A stretch of DNA of 31,071 bases, counting the filler, from Amphiscolops sp. MND2022 (lineage: Eukaryota): NCBI GenBank assembly GCA_964187785.1. It is 2 parts of 2 records of this genome, joined end to end, with 100 filler letters (N's around TTAATTAATTAA, not from the genome) between each part and the next. Parts side by side here need not be neighbours in the genome. Positions count along the whole stretch, not along the records: positions 9,511 to 31,071 come from OZ076411.1; 1 more part is not named here. The stretch is one strand, 5' to 3'. Position numbers and translations under genes: made by a program. Positions 9,511-21,699 of the stretch are shown one piece after another. Each line of letters starts with the position of its first letter. The first letter of the stretch is position 1. A model generated the notes under the pieces. That model did not search any database, was not told the DNA's origin, and was given only the letters and a program-made list of their open reading frames with translations.

Positions 9511-10231
9511 ACCATGACAAAAAGTAATTTATCAAAATTTTTAAATATTTAAGAAAAAATCACGACAAAAATAATCGTTTCAAAAATTTATTACTAACGT
9601 ATAACTCACTAACCTCTATAGCAGTAGGAAAAGTGTATTGTATGGAGCAGGCGATTGAAACTTCAAGTATGCAGTGGGAATTCAAGTGAAAACACAAATT
9701 TCAAAAAAAAATGTTGTATGGCTGGAGAGAAGTCCCAATAACTTAACTCCTAACAGAAAGAAAGGGGTTTGCTCAGTAAATGTCGCTTTATTATCGTGTA
9801 AGTATCTTCACAAAGTATCTCCCTATGCTCACATTTTTCGGCTCCACAGTACTAGTGAAAAATCAATTGCGGTTAAAAATATAATTTAAAAATTATCCAG
9901 ATAATCCGAGTTGTAGGCTTCCACTGGTAAGTACAGTTACAGTTGGACTGCAGATCGGAGAATCATATTGAACAGTTCAACAAACTGTGCCAAAATCAAT
10001 GATACGTAAAGGCTGCCAAGTACGGGAATTGTTTTTTATTTGGTCTGTTGCCGCTACGCATTTTCAGTAATTTCGATTTCGAGTATGTCTGTTACCCCCA
10101 CACAGTTCAACTTACTCACAACGTCGTAATGCTTCTTCTGTCCTTCTAAAGGTAGAATACCTCAAGTGCGGCGCTTCGTCTCAACATATGAATGTCTCTC
10201 AACGTGCCATTTTCACATTTTCAGGCATACA

Positions 10232-10971
10232 ATGAAGAGGTACTTTTTAGATTACTGTTTGTCACTTCAGCTTGGTCCGCTTCGAGTCTTTCAGGCAGAG
10301 GAGGTGGTTACGGAAAGGAAGTTTTTCCATGAGGAGCTCGGTCAATGTAACCGTGACGAGTCTATCCGATGTCTTCGGACCCGCTTCCCTATTGTGGATC
10401 TCGATGATCATTGTCGGGCTATCATCACTTCTTGTGTGGCGCGGCTGGATAACATCATTGGCTTTCGCGTGAATGGGTCAATGGTCCATTATCCCGAACA
10501 AAGAAGAGCCCTATGTAAGAAGGTGGGTATCACTTGGGTGCGTCATCTTCCCACCGCAGACCATCCTTTCAACAAGTTCCGTCCTGATACCCTGCATCCC
10601 CAGACCATTCAGAAATGCGTCTGCTCGACGTTAAGTGCTGTTCTGTCTGGGACGCCAGCCCATGCCAATATTTTGGTGTTGAACGTCGGAGCGTACTGGG
10701 CCAGCCAGCACCTGACGGACAGTTTGCTTGGATGTGGACCTCCCGGAAGAGCGGCATCGATGACCTCTTCGCGGTCACAGTGACTGACACCAAGTTGCTG
10801 GCTCGTCGGCTTGGTGTCAACATCTACGGATATTATATTGGGCGCGGCGATGATCCAACTCTCTTGATCACGTATTCATGCAACCATCGGGGTCCCAGTG
10901 ACAGGGGAATTAATTTGTCTGCACGATGCCAAGGTCTTACAGATTGTTCCATTGTACCGTTACGAGATTGA
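10232..10971 (+). pseudogene. Frameshifted copy of the unidentified 246-aa ORF
   Basis: One G fewer than copy 2 at GTCGG(G)AGCG (~10690), which splits the reading into ORFs ending at 10783 and 10971. Confidence 0.6.
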
Positions 10972-11686
10972 AACCCTTGTGAACTTGTTCCCGTCTTCCA
11001 GCAATTGTCCATTTTGATATCGTCCTTTCAGTTTCTTGAAAATATCATTTTCATACATGTGTTTAAAACATTTTTTTTGCTTTTTTATATTTCGACAGTG
11101 ATTGCGTCCTCAAATTAGGACATCGCGTTTTTCTCTATCAATAAAAATTTTGTAACGCGAAAAGATATAGAAAAACTAAAATTTGTCTCTCTTGCCAACA
11201 ATCTAACAAAGTATTTGGGGTGAGTTGTTATTTGTGCCAACGTAGCTTTTTTCGAGCCATCGAAAACAAAATACTGGAAAAAGAGTGAAATTTATCAGAA
11301 CTTCACATTCCAGAAAAAAGTTTTTTCACAATAACTGAGCAACTGGTTGCTAAGTTACTGTTCCACTCTAACAACACATCAGGTTACCATTGAAAAAGCC
11401 TATGGAAGTTTTTTCAATGAAGACTCAGTTATGAGTTTGGCCGGCATTTGGAAGGCCTGGCGGTTACAAGTGGTGCCAACTCTCAGCCTAACTAGTGTGC
11501 CTTTGAACGCTTAGGTAAATGGCTTCCACGAGCAGAAAACCGATTTGAGCTGCGGCTAATATTCGTGGAGAAACAAGGTTGTGAAACAATTTTGCCAAAA
11601 TTTGTCAATTTTCCTACTTCTCAGTGTACCGTCAAGGTTATAATATTCCAAACTGAAAACGTCGAGAATTTTGTAACTCAAAATGT

Positions 11687-12660
11687 CACCCTGAAATTTT
11701 GTGGAACTTTTGGTGGAACTATTTTGGTCACTTCCGGTGTATCGTCAAAAACACTGACGAAAAACCATGGCTATTTCTTGAGAAAAGTGCCGACTAAAAA
11801 CGAAATAATGACACAAATGCGCTCTCTTTAAAACCTTGACCTAATTTCCCGATGATTTTCCAAAAGAGGAGGCGGATGTTGGAATCTATTCAGTTTATCG
11901 AAAATGCTCTTTTTTCGGAACTGTGCTAAAACTAAACAAAATTTTTGTAAATGAAATTATGACGATAGGAAGCGTGTCGTTTGCGAGTTATGCAATTCTT
12001 TTCGGACTCAATAAGATCTGACCAAGATTAAGTCTGAGGAGTTTTTTTGGTCAAGTCTTTTCATTAAAAATTCAGAGTGAAATAAATACATTTAGGTGAC
12101 GAAAGTAACATATTTTCCGTTTTTTCTCAGTTTGATGAATTGGCCAGAAAACGCCATCGACAATTGCCCTACTATTCATGCATCCTACATCTGTCACAGA
12201 AGATGGGCTTTAAAAATGCCGTTTTAGATTTGTATTCTCAAACTTTATTTTTTCAAAGTCTTGCTTAATAGGAAGAGACAGTCAGTTTGAAAAATGGTTT
12301 AAAAGATATCTTGGTCAGACCTAATAAAGTCCGAAAAGAATTGCATAACTCGCATACGACACGCTTTCTATCGTCATAAACTTTTCTACAAAACCTTTGT
12401 TTAGGTTTAGCTCAGTTCCGAAAAAAAGAGAATATTCCATAAACTAATAAATTACAACATCCGCCTCCTCTTTTGGAAAATCATTCAGATATAAGTTCAA
12501 TGTTTTGGATAGAGCGCATTTTTGTCATTGCTTTGTTTTTAGTCGGCGCTTTTTTTAAGCAAAGATTCGACTATAGTCATAGCTTTTCCTCAGGGATTTT
12601 TTTGTTACACCGGGAATCACAAGAATACTTCTTCCAAAAGTTCTACAAAATTTTCTGGTG
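11687..12660. mobile_element. Fold-back element with ~345-bp imperfect inverted arms (second copy at 17903-18879)
   Basis: Arm 11687-12028 pairs with 12308-12660, e.g. GATTTTCCAAAAGAGGAGGCGGATGTTG vs CAACATCCGCCTCCTCTTTTGGAAAATC. Outer parts are more diverged; no clear TSD. Confidence 0.75.
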
Positions 12661-12840
12661 TCGCCAAAAGGAATATATCTGAACATTCACGGTGTTGTGA
12701 CCCTCTGCAGGTCGCATTTTGGCTTGCTGCTCTGGAGTGGTGGGATTTGGCAGAGGACGCGGCCATGGATATTACAAGTACTATTAAGCTGTTTTTAATT
12801 AGTCTCTAATTAACCTAATTCTGCTTACAGTACAGCAAAC

Positions 12841-13320
12841 TTATTCGTAGATAACTTTCCGAAGACGAAATCCAACGTAAACGTTACGGAAAATTTTTGG
12901 AAATGATCTTAGACTAACTAAATTTTGCGGTTTAATGTTTTCACACGTAACTTTATTTTTCACTTCCTGCTTCGTCTTCTGAAATTCCCATACAAATCTA
13001 AAAATCAAAATAAGAACATTTTCCGAAATGGGATCATCTTCTTTTTTCGCTTCTATCTTTGCTTCCTTTCTGTCCTTCTTGTCATCCTTAATTTGACCTT
13101 TGGCTTTGGGATCATCCGACTTTTCTGTTAGTTCAGGTCCTACTTGCTCAATTTCTTTCGCAACATTCGATTCTCCGTTCATGGGAACTTCATTTCCATA
13201 TTCTACCGAATTTTCCCCGCCTAATTCGGCCCTGCTCTCGGGGTATTGTGATCCTCCACTTATTTCGAAACTTTTGTTGATTGCAAAATCTGGGTGGGCT
13301 GTGCTTTTCTCGTCGTCCAT
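12841..13320 (-). CDS. Hypothetical 159-aa ORF or first exon (acidic/Lys-rich N-terminus, short hydrophobic stretch)
   Basis: ATG-initiated, with protein-like composition (MDDEKSTAHPDFAINKSFE...KDDKKDRKEAK...NVLILIFRFVW). No family recognised; the 3' half is duplicated in copy 2. Confidence 0.4.
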   Translation of the reverse strand: MDDEKSTAHPDFAINKSFEISGGSQYPESRAELGGENSVEYGNEVPMNGESNVAKEIEQVGPELTEKSDDPKAKGQIKDDKKDRKEAKIEAKKEDDPISENVLILIFRFVWEFQKTKQEVKNKVTCENIKPQNLVSLRSFPKIFRNVYVGFRLRKVIYE

Positions 13321-13854
13321 TTCAGTTAAATTCCAATTTTCTTTGTGATCTCAGCAAGTCTAAAGCACCCAAGCAAATAGGACTTTAGAACTTTGGAAAC
13401 TTCCTTTGTAGTTATCAACCGATTTCTTGGAGGATATTTTTTGATAATTTATTCGCTTAATGGAATGATAAATTTTGAAGCACTAAGTAGTATTGACTGT
13501 CTTTTTCTTATTCCCGAAGAAAATGAGCAGACTTTTAATTTACTTTTTTTCGTCCAGCCTCACCTGGAAGTATCAATTTTTTGTTTAATTTGCTCAACTC
13601 CGTTGGTGGATTCTTATCATTGTGGAGCAAGTCGAAAATGCACCTCACCTAGTACCATATTACCATTCTAAACACTAGCAAAGAGTCCCCTTTGGGGTTT
13701 GTCGGCATTGTGAGACATTTTTCGAACGTCTTCCCTTTGATATTTGTCGTTTCCAGTTAAATAAAAACCTTTACGCTTTCGAAACGTATTGCCTGAAGTG
13801 AAAACGAAAAAATAATCGACCAAGGACCATCTGGGGAAAATGAAAATTTCCGGA

Positions 13855-14115
13855 AAAAAAGGTAGCACTGTGCCAAAAAAATCTCCAAGGAAAAATTATG
13901 GGAAACCCTCTTGTCATATATAGTTTCGAGAATACGGTAAAACATGAAAAACTCAAAGGGGTACCCTTTAGCCTCGTTGGGTACTCTTTAAATCTCTAGG
14001 TGTAAAGTCCGTAACAAATGGACAATTCAATGTGAGCTCTGTGGTCTGGAGAAAAAAACTAATCACCGTTATAGTCGGACACATTTTCTTACAAAATGCG
14101 TCGACTGAAAACCCG
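13855..14115 (+). repeat. Diverged interspersed-repeat fragment
   Basis: Shares GCACWGTGCCAAAAAAA, AAAGGGGNACCCTTT, TGAGNTCTGTGGTCTG and AGTCGG..CGACT motifs, in the same order, with 15090-15500. Confidence 0.55.
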
Positions 14116-15089
14116 TGTTGCACGGATTAGCATAATTTCGTGACTGAGCATCTCTCGATACTTGATAATTTTAGGTTCCAGTGCTTGGAAAAAAATCAAG
14201 TTGCGAGTCTTGCTCAAATACACATCAATGTGATTCAATCACATCCAATGAAAAAATTAACAGCGCTTGAAAACATGAGGATGTGTGAACATGCCTTTTG
14301 ACCTGGTATTGAAATTTCAATGGAGCTCAATTTGAATTGAGGTTTGAAAACATCTTTTGGGAACATAATTGATCCTAAACGAACAAAAATAATATTTTGC
14401 AGTTTTTAGTCTCACTAATTATTTGTATACCTAATTCTCTAAAGCTGGGTATATGGGGCACCCCAATTGAAATTTTCAACCTTTTTTTGCGACAAACTGA
14501 CTTTTTTGTATGCCACATTTTCTTTTCTGTCGCAAAAAAGAAACTGTCAATCTTTACTTTGTCAAATTACATCCCAAAAAGACTGATTTGGATAATTCAC
14601 TAACGTGAGTATAATAGAATTGAAGCGAGATGCTGACTTTAGTGTTATGTTGTATTAAAAATGAATCGCGTTTCTCTGTTAAATGAAACGTATACAGTTC
14701 TAGACTGAAAAAATTAACCCATGACGCAAACTTATACAAAAAGTATTTGAATAACTATTTTTAAAAACTTCATTTCTGAGCGAGTTATACACTTGGTTAA
14801 GCAATCAATTTTATCTTGAAAGTTGGTTTCAATGGAGCTTTTACTCGAACTTTACTTCTAAACTTTTGAAAACATGTTTTAGCTATTTTTCAGAAAGCAT
14901 CAGAGTGCGATCAATTTCTCAAGTTTGTTTGAAATTACTTTTATAAAGGCTAAAAACATCTTTACACTCACTTCCAAAATAGACTGAAAGTGGGTTATGA
15001 ATCAAGACGAGAGCATGTAAAGTCGGCGCTTTATCTAAGGATCAAAAAGCGCTAAATATTTTTTTGGAAAAAAAACTTGACGTTTTTGA

Positions 15090-15500
15090 ATTTTTTCTTT
15101 CGGAAAAATTCGCATAGTGCCAAAAATGTAAAAGGAGGACACGTTGGGATTTATTAACATACATTCAGTTGCAAAATATCAAAAACCTTGAAGGGAGGAC
15201 CCTTTTGAGACATTGAAAAAACTCGCACAGTGCCAAAAAAAATTGAAAGAGGGGACCTTTTAGCCTCGTCCGGTTTTGTAGGTTACCTCAAAAAAGTAAA
15301 AATGAAAAGGGGACCCTTTGCACTAAGTTTGCACTGGCCGGATTTGGCCTTAGTAGTTTCAGGAGTTTCTCTAAAAAGTGGACCGATCAGTGTGAGGTCT
15401 GTGGTCTGAAGAAAAGATGATCACTGTAAGAGTCGGCATTTTTAGCTAAAAGGAAAAAGCGCCGACTAAAAACAGCGACAACCTCAAAGTGTTGCCTAAG
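15090..15500 (+). repeat. Interspersed-repeat fragment, same family as 13855-14115
   Basis: Same motif series. GCGCCGACTAAAAAC also occurs in the fold-back arms. Confidence 0.55.
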
Positions 15501-16446
15501 TTTTTCGCCATTAAGTACTGAAAAAACTAAACTGCCCATCACAAAGTCCAAAAAATTCTATTGTAAATCCAGTCAAGAATTACATACAAACAGAGCATTC
15601 CCAAAACCCTAAAGTTTTTTATTAGTTGAAAGTGGGATACGAAATCTTGTTCGGGCTCAGACCATGACAAAAAGTAATTTATCAAAATTTTTAAATATTT
15701 AAGAAAAAATCACGACAAAAATAATCGTTTCAAAAATTTATTACTAACGTATAATTCACTAACCTCTATAGCAGTAGGAAAAGTGTATTGTATGGAGCAG
15801 GCGATTGAAACTTCAAGTATGCAGTGGGAATTCAAGTGAAAACACAAATTTCAAACAAAAATGTTGTATGGCTGGAGAGAAGTCCCAATAACTTAACTCC
15901 TAACAGAAAGAAAGGGTTTTGCTCAGTAAATGTCGCTTTATTATCGTGTAAGTATCTTCACAAAGTATCTCCCTATGCTCACATTTTTCGGCTCCACAGT
16001 ACTAGTGAAAAATCAATTGCGGTTAAAAATATAATTTAAAAATTATCCAGATAATCCGAGTTGTAGGCTTCCACTGGTAAGTACAGTTACAGTTGGACAG
16101 CAGATCGGAGAATCATATTGAACAGTTCAACAAACTGTGCCAAAATCAATGATACGTAAAGGCTGCCAAGTACGGGAATTGTTTTTTATTTGGTCTGTTG
16201 CCGCTACGCATTTTCAGTAATTTCGATTTCGAGTATGTCTGTTGCCCCCACACGGTTCAACTTACTCACAACGTCGTAATGCTTCTTCTGTCGTTCTACA
16301 CGCGAACTTTATTACGTTGTAATATATCGCCAATCTATAATGAACGTCGAAGCTTCTTCCAAAAAGGTAGAATACCTCAAGTGCGGCGCTTCGTCTCAAC
16401 ATATGAATGTCTCTCAACGTGCCATTTTCACATTTTCAGGCATACA

Positions 16447-17187
16447 ATGAAGAGGTACTTTTTAGATTACTGTTTGCCACTTCAGCTTGGTCCGCTTCGA
16501 GTCTTTCAGGCAGAGGAGGTGGTTACGGAAAGGAAGTTTTTCCGTGAGGAGCTCGGTCAATGTAACCGTGACGAGTCTATCCGGTGTCTTCGGACCCGCT
16601 TCCCTATTGTGGATCTCGATGATCATTGTCGGGCTATCATCACTTCTTGTGTGGCGCGGCTGGATAACATCATTGGCTTTCGCGTGAAGGGGTCAATGGT
16701 CCATTATCCCGAACAAAGAAGAGCCCTAGGTAAGAAGGTGGGTATCTTTTGGGTGCGTCATCTTCCCACCGCAGACCATCCTTTCAACAAGTTCCGTCCT
16801 GATACCCTGCATCCCCAGACCATTCAGAAATGCGTCTGCTCGACGTTAAGTGCTGTTCTGTCTGGGACGCCAGCCCATGCCAATATTTTGGTGTTGAACG
16901 TCGGGAGCGTACTGGGCCAGCTAGCACCTGACGGACAGTTTGCTTGGATGTGGACCTCCCGGAAGAGCGGCATCGATGACCTCTTCGCGGTCACAGTGAC
17001 TGACACCAAGTTGCTGGCTCGTCGGCTTGGTGTCAACATCTACGGATATTATATTGGGCGCGGCGATGATCCAACTCTCTTGATCACGTATTCATGCAAC
17101 CATCGGGGTCCCAGTGACAGGGGAATTAATTTGTCTGTACGATGCCAAGGTCTTACAGATTGTTCCATTGTACCGTTACGAGATTGA
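16447..17187 (+). CDS. Hypothetical protein, 246 aa (MKRYFLDYCL...DCSIVPLRD), no family recognised
   Basis: Long open frame, visibly GC-richer than its flanks. ATG lies 7 nt after a TTTTCAG acceptor (ends 16439). An upstream GTAAGT donor at 16077 suggests a 5'-UTR intron; AATAAA at 17356-17361. Confidence 0.6.
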   Translation: MKRYFLDYCLPLQLGPLRVFQAEEVVTERKFFREELGQCNRDESIRCLRTRFPIVDLDDHCRAIITSCVARLDNIIGFRVKGSMVHYPEQRRALGKKVGIFWVRHLPTADHPFNKFRPDTLHPQTIQKCVCSTLSAVLSGTPAHANILVLNVGSVLGQLAPDGQFAWMWTSRKSGIDDLFAVTVTDTKLLARRLGVNIYGYYIGRGDDPTLLITYSCNHRGPSDRGINLSVRCQGLTDCSIVPLRD

Positions 17188-17902
17188 AACCCTTGTGAAC
17201 TTGTTCCCGTCTTCCGGCAATGGTCCATTTTGATATCGTCCTTTCAGTTTCTTGAAAATATCATTTTCATACATGTGTTTAAAACATTTTTTTTGCTTTT
17301 TTATATTTCGACAGTGATTGCGTCCTCAAATTAGGACATCGAGTTTTTCTCTATCAATAAAAATTTTGTAACGCAAAAAGATATAGAAAAACTAAAATTT
17401 GTCTCTCTTGCCAACAATCTAACAAAGTATTTGGGGTGAGTTGTTATTTGTGTCAACGTAGCTTTTTTCGAGCCATCGAAAACAAAATACTGGAAAAAGA
17501 GTGAAATTTATCAGAACTTCACATTCCAGAAAAAAGTTTTTTCACAATAACTGAGCAACTGGTTGCTAAGTTACTGTTCCACTCTAACAACACATCCGGT
17601 TACCATTGAAAAAGCCTATGGAAGTTTTTTCAATGAAGACTCAGTTATGAGTTTGGCCGGCATTTGGAAGGCCTGGCGGTTACAAGTGGTGCCAACTCTC
17701 AGCCTAACTAGTGTGCATTTGAACGCTTAGGTAAATGGCTTCCACGAGCAGAAAACCGATTTGAGCTGCGGCTAATATTCGTGGAGAAACAAGGTTGTGA
17801 AACAATTTTGCCAAAATTTGTCAATTTTCCTACTTCTCAGTGTACCGTCAAGGTTATAATATTCCAAACTGAAAACGTCGAGAATTTTGTAACTCAAAAT
17901 GT

Positions 17903-18879
17903 CACCCTGAAATTTTGTGGAACTTTTGGTGGAACTATTTTGGTCACTTCCGGTGTATCGTCAAAAACACTGACGAAAAACCATGGCTATTTCTTGAGAA
18001 AAGTGCCGACTAAAAACGAAATAATGACACAAATGCGCTCTCTTTAAAACCTTGACCTAATTTCCCGATGATTTTCCAAAAGAGGAGGCGGATGTTGGAA
18101 TCTATTCAGTTTATCGAAAATGCTCTTTTTTCGGAACTGTGCTAAAACTAAACAAAATTTTTGTAAATAAAATTATGACGATAGGAAGCGTGTCGTTTGC
18201 GAGTTATGCAATTCTTTTCGGACTCAATAAGATCTGACCAAGATTAAGTCTGAGGAGTTTTTTTGGTCAAGTCTTTTCATTAAAAATTCAGAGTGAAATA
18301 AATACATTTAGGTGACGAAAGTAACATATTTTCCGTTTTTTCTCAGTTTGATGAATTGGCCAGAAAACGCCATCGACAATTGCCCTACTATTCATGCATC
18401 CTACATCTGTCACAGAAGATGGGCTTTAAAAATGCCGTTTTAGATTTGTATTCTCAAACTTTATTTTTTCAAAGTCTTGCTTAATAGGAAGAGACAGTCA
18501 GTTTGAAAAATAGTTTAAAAGATATCTTGGTCAGACCTAATAAAGTCCGAAAAGAATTGCATAACTCGCATACGACACGCTTTCTATCGTCATAAACTTT
18601 TCTACAAAACCTTTGTTTAGGTTTAGCTCAGTTCCGAAAAAAAGAGAGAATATTCCATAAACTAAATAAATTCCAACATCCGCCTCCTCTTTTGGAAAAT
18701 CATTCAGATATAAGTTCAATGTTTTGGATAGAGCGCATTTTTGTCATTGCTTTATTTTTAGTCGGCGCTTTTCTTAAGCAAAGATTCGACTATAGTCATG
18801 GCTTTTCCTCGGGGATTTTTTTGTTACACCGGGAATCACCAGAATACTTCTTCCAAAAGTTCTACAAAATTTTCTGGTG
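17903..18879. mobile_element. Fold-back element, duplicated copy
   Basis: Same structure inside duplication copy 2. Confidence 0.75.
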
Positions 18880-20404
18880 TCGCCAAAAGGAATATATCTG
18901 AACATTCACGGTGTTGTGACCCTCTGCAGGTCGCATTTTGGCTTGCTGCTCTGGAGTGGTGGGATTTGGCAGAGGACGCGGCCATGGATATTACAAGTAC
19001 TATTAAACTGTTTTTAATTAGTCTCTAATTAACCTAATTCTGCTTACAGTACAGCAAACTTATTCGTAGATAACTTTCCGGAGACGAAATCCAACGTAAA
19101 CGTTACGGAAAATTTTTGGAAATGATCTTAGACTAACTAAATTTTGCGGTTTAATGTTTTCACACGTAACTTTATTTTTCACTTCCTGCTTCGTCTTCTG
19201 AAATTCCCATACAAATCTAAAAATCAAAATAAGAACATTTTCCGAAATGGGATCATCTCTTTCTTCTCCATACTAAAATAAAAAACTGAAAATAATATTT
19301 AACACCGCGACCCCAACGGAGTCCATAGAATCTAAATTGAAAAGAACATACAAAATAGTATAGTGGAATTGTTTTCCAGTACAGAAGTAGTTGTCAAAAC
19401 TCACTTAAAATACAGTCAAGTAATTTAAGCAAATATTCACAACGTTATGACAGCGTCATTTAACTAAGCTAGTAACTGTTGTTTCTATTTTTACGGACCA
19501 ATAGCGTCGTCCCTCAATTGAATTATTTGAGCTCAATCCAATAGAATAGGTCTCGATTGCCCAAGAAAATGAAATCGCCTACGCCCTCCGCTTTCTCTCC
19601 GTCAGTTACTGATGTTCAGCTATATCTAATTTTGATACGTACGGAGCGTCTATGGAGCGAATTGTAAAATGATGAATATGAAAAGAAGTTCCTTGGTAAT
19701 CCTAAGAATGATTTTACAGGAGAACAACGTATTTTGTGAATACGATCCAACATAACAAAACTTTACTGTAAGGGAGGAAATGATGAAAGTATCCTTGATT
19801 TGTGTGCTATTTCGAAGTGCATCCTTGATGGTAATTACAAGGGCTACTTTTACATTACGTTGCGAATAACCTGTTTAAAAGGAAATTGTAATCAGACATT
19901 TTATCATATGTACAGCTTATTACTCTGTTGAAGGACCGATATCACAACGTAAGGTCATTATTTTCCAAACGAGATGCTACCAATGCTGCATTTATTTTGT
20001 TATTTGATTTTATATCATCCCAAAATAACGGAATCTTTCCGTTATTGTCAAGTTGTTGTTTTGTTAATTATGTAGAGTAGTACAATTTGGTATTGGTTTG
20101 AAAAACTGCATCCTAATAAGCACGATACTGTTGCATGTCATTAAGTGAAGTACGTTATCCCAGCATCATCTGCTCCCAGCAGTGTCCAAATGTTTCCATT
20201 TCCGAATTTTTTTGGTCGCCCTAATTCCGTTGCCATTTTTGAGTGTCATACTTTTGTTTCGAATATTAACTTCCTAAGTTGGGAATTGACTAATTGATCA
20301 CGCCGGCGTGCCTTCGGCGATAAAATTGTCAGCTAGACTTTTATTTTACCGCACTTTTGAGTTGAAACAGGAAATGGAATTGCTTGAAAAATGATTTCAG
20401 CAAA

Positions 20405-21071
20405 TATTACGGAATAACGACGCAACTAGGAATTTCGATACCTGATTTTAAGGCACGGGACTGAAATTATTTGAATCGTGAGCGCTTTTTAGTGAACAAA
20501 CCTGATTTTGTGATACCTAGGAATTTTTAGGTGGGGATTAAATGATGCTGGAACGGTATAAATACGTAAACTTACATGTAAATTTTAGTTAGTCTGTAAT
20601 TGTCTTTTACTAAACTGTTTCGTTGAATCAACGTAAAAACAAAAGTTTTTTCGAAGAATTCACTATTTGCCGAAGAATAATTTTCAACCACGAAAATGAC
20701 AACTAGAAGTCAAAAAAGAAAAGCAGTAGCTGGGCTAGTTTCTGGAGAATTTGAAGCTTTTGTAGTTGAGAATGCCCCATCTGAGAATCCCATAGCTGGT
20801 CCTAGTAAAACTCTCAGAGCTGAACCCGAAAACTTAGACGAAATAAAAACGTCTTCGAGGAAAGAAATTATGTCTGATCTAACAAAAATATTAGCTGAAA
20901 ATCAAAAGGAAATGCTAAAACTCATAGCACCATTGAGTAGAAAACAACCAGAACGTCCAAACAATCAGGATACTGATTGTGAGTCTGAAAATGTCTCCGT
21001 AGCCAGAACGTCCACACCTATGAAAACAAACGCGACTAGTTCCAAAACTACAACGAGTTAAAGTCGTATTA
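20405..21071 (+). mobile_element. Probable solo LTR (Ty3/Gypsy-like) containing the start of a gag-like ORF
   Basis: Imperfect terminal inverted repeat TATTACG...CGTATTA; TATAAA at 20557-20562; 121-aa ORF ends 10 nt from the boundary. No TSD seen, and the family assignment rests on unverified recollection. Confidence 0.45.
20696..21061 (+). pseudogene. Truncated ORF MTTRSQKRKAV...SSKTTTS, probable gag N-terminus
   Basis: Basic N-terminal patch, helical/coiled-coil-like core (EIMSDLTKILAENQKEMLKLIAP), S/T-rich tail; no downstream continuation. Confidence 0.45.
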
Positions 21072-21699
21072 CACGGAACTGAATCAAAAAAATTTTTTCT
21101 TTTTTTCTGCGTAACTTACAATACCGGGCAAGACTAAAAGGTCACCCCTTTCCGGTTTTTTGAAACTGTGAAACTTTTTTTCAAAAAAACAATTTTCATC
21201 AAGGGTCTCCATTTGACCAATACTTTGACACTTTGAAGTCCTTTCGTTATTTTGGAGCCTTTGATATGGCGCCGACTTGGGCCTGTCCCGGGTTGATTTC
21301 TTCAGATACCTTAAGTATTTAAAATCAGATTGATATTAAAGATACAATAATAAAGATACAAAAACTCGATCTCATTTTGATACGAGTCCCCAGTTTGTAG
21401 GTTGCTAGCCAAAAATTCAGTTTTACTTCGAGTTTTTCATATGTTTCACTTTTCATACATCTTCTCCTTATTATTTTCCGTCCATATTTCATATGGAAAA
21501 GGAAAATATTTAAATCAAACAGTTTTTTTACAAAATTTTCCAAGAATTTATTTATATCAAAGCTAAAGGGTTTCACCTACCGAATTCAGCTGATGTAAAA
21601 TTAGCATCATGGGGTATGTAATTGTTGAGATTTTTTGACGTTTTTGGTTGACCCCGCAGACCCCAGAATGACCCGAAAAGAAAAACTGCAAAATTTTCC

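Larger units (their letters stand above)
9511..13039 (+). repeat. Segmental duplication, copy 1
   Basis: ACCATGACAAAAAGTAATTT at 9511 and 15661. The offset is 6150, rising to 6215 after a 65-bp deletion near 10147 and to 6219 at the end (GATCATCT at 13032-13039 vs 19251-19258). Confidence 0.96.
15661..19258 (+). repeat. Segmental duplication, copy 2
   Basis: Near-identical to 9511-13039, and retains the 65 bp that copy 1 lacks. Confidence 0.96.

Noticed and set aside
11565-12682. ORFs MEKQGCET... and MENHSDIS... (and their duplicates)
   Set aside because: They lie largely in the arms of the fold-back repeat, start at non-ATG codons and show no protein features.
19640-19885. Minus-strand open stretch YSQRNVKVALVITIKD... 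as an upstream exon
   Set aside because: Plausible splice sites, but no recognisable homology or other support.
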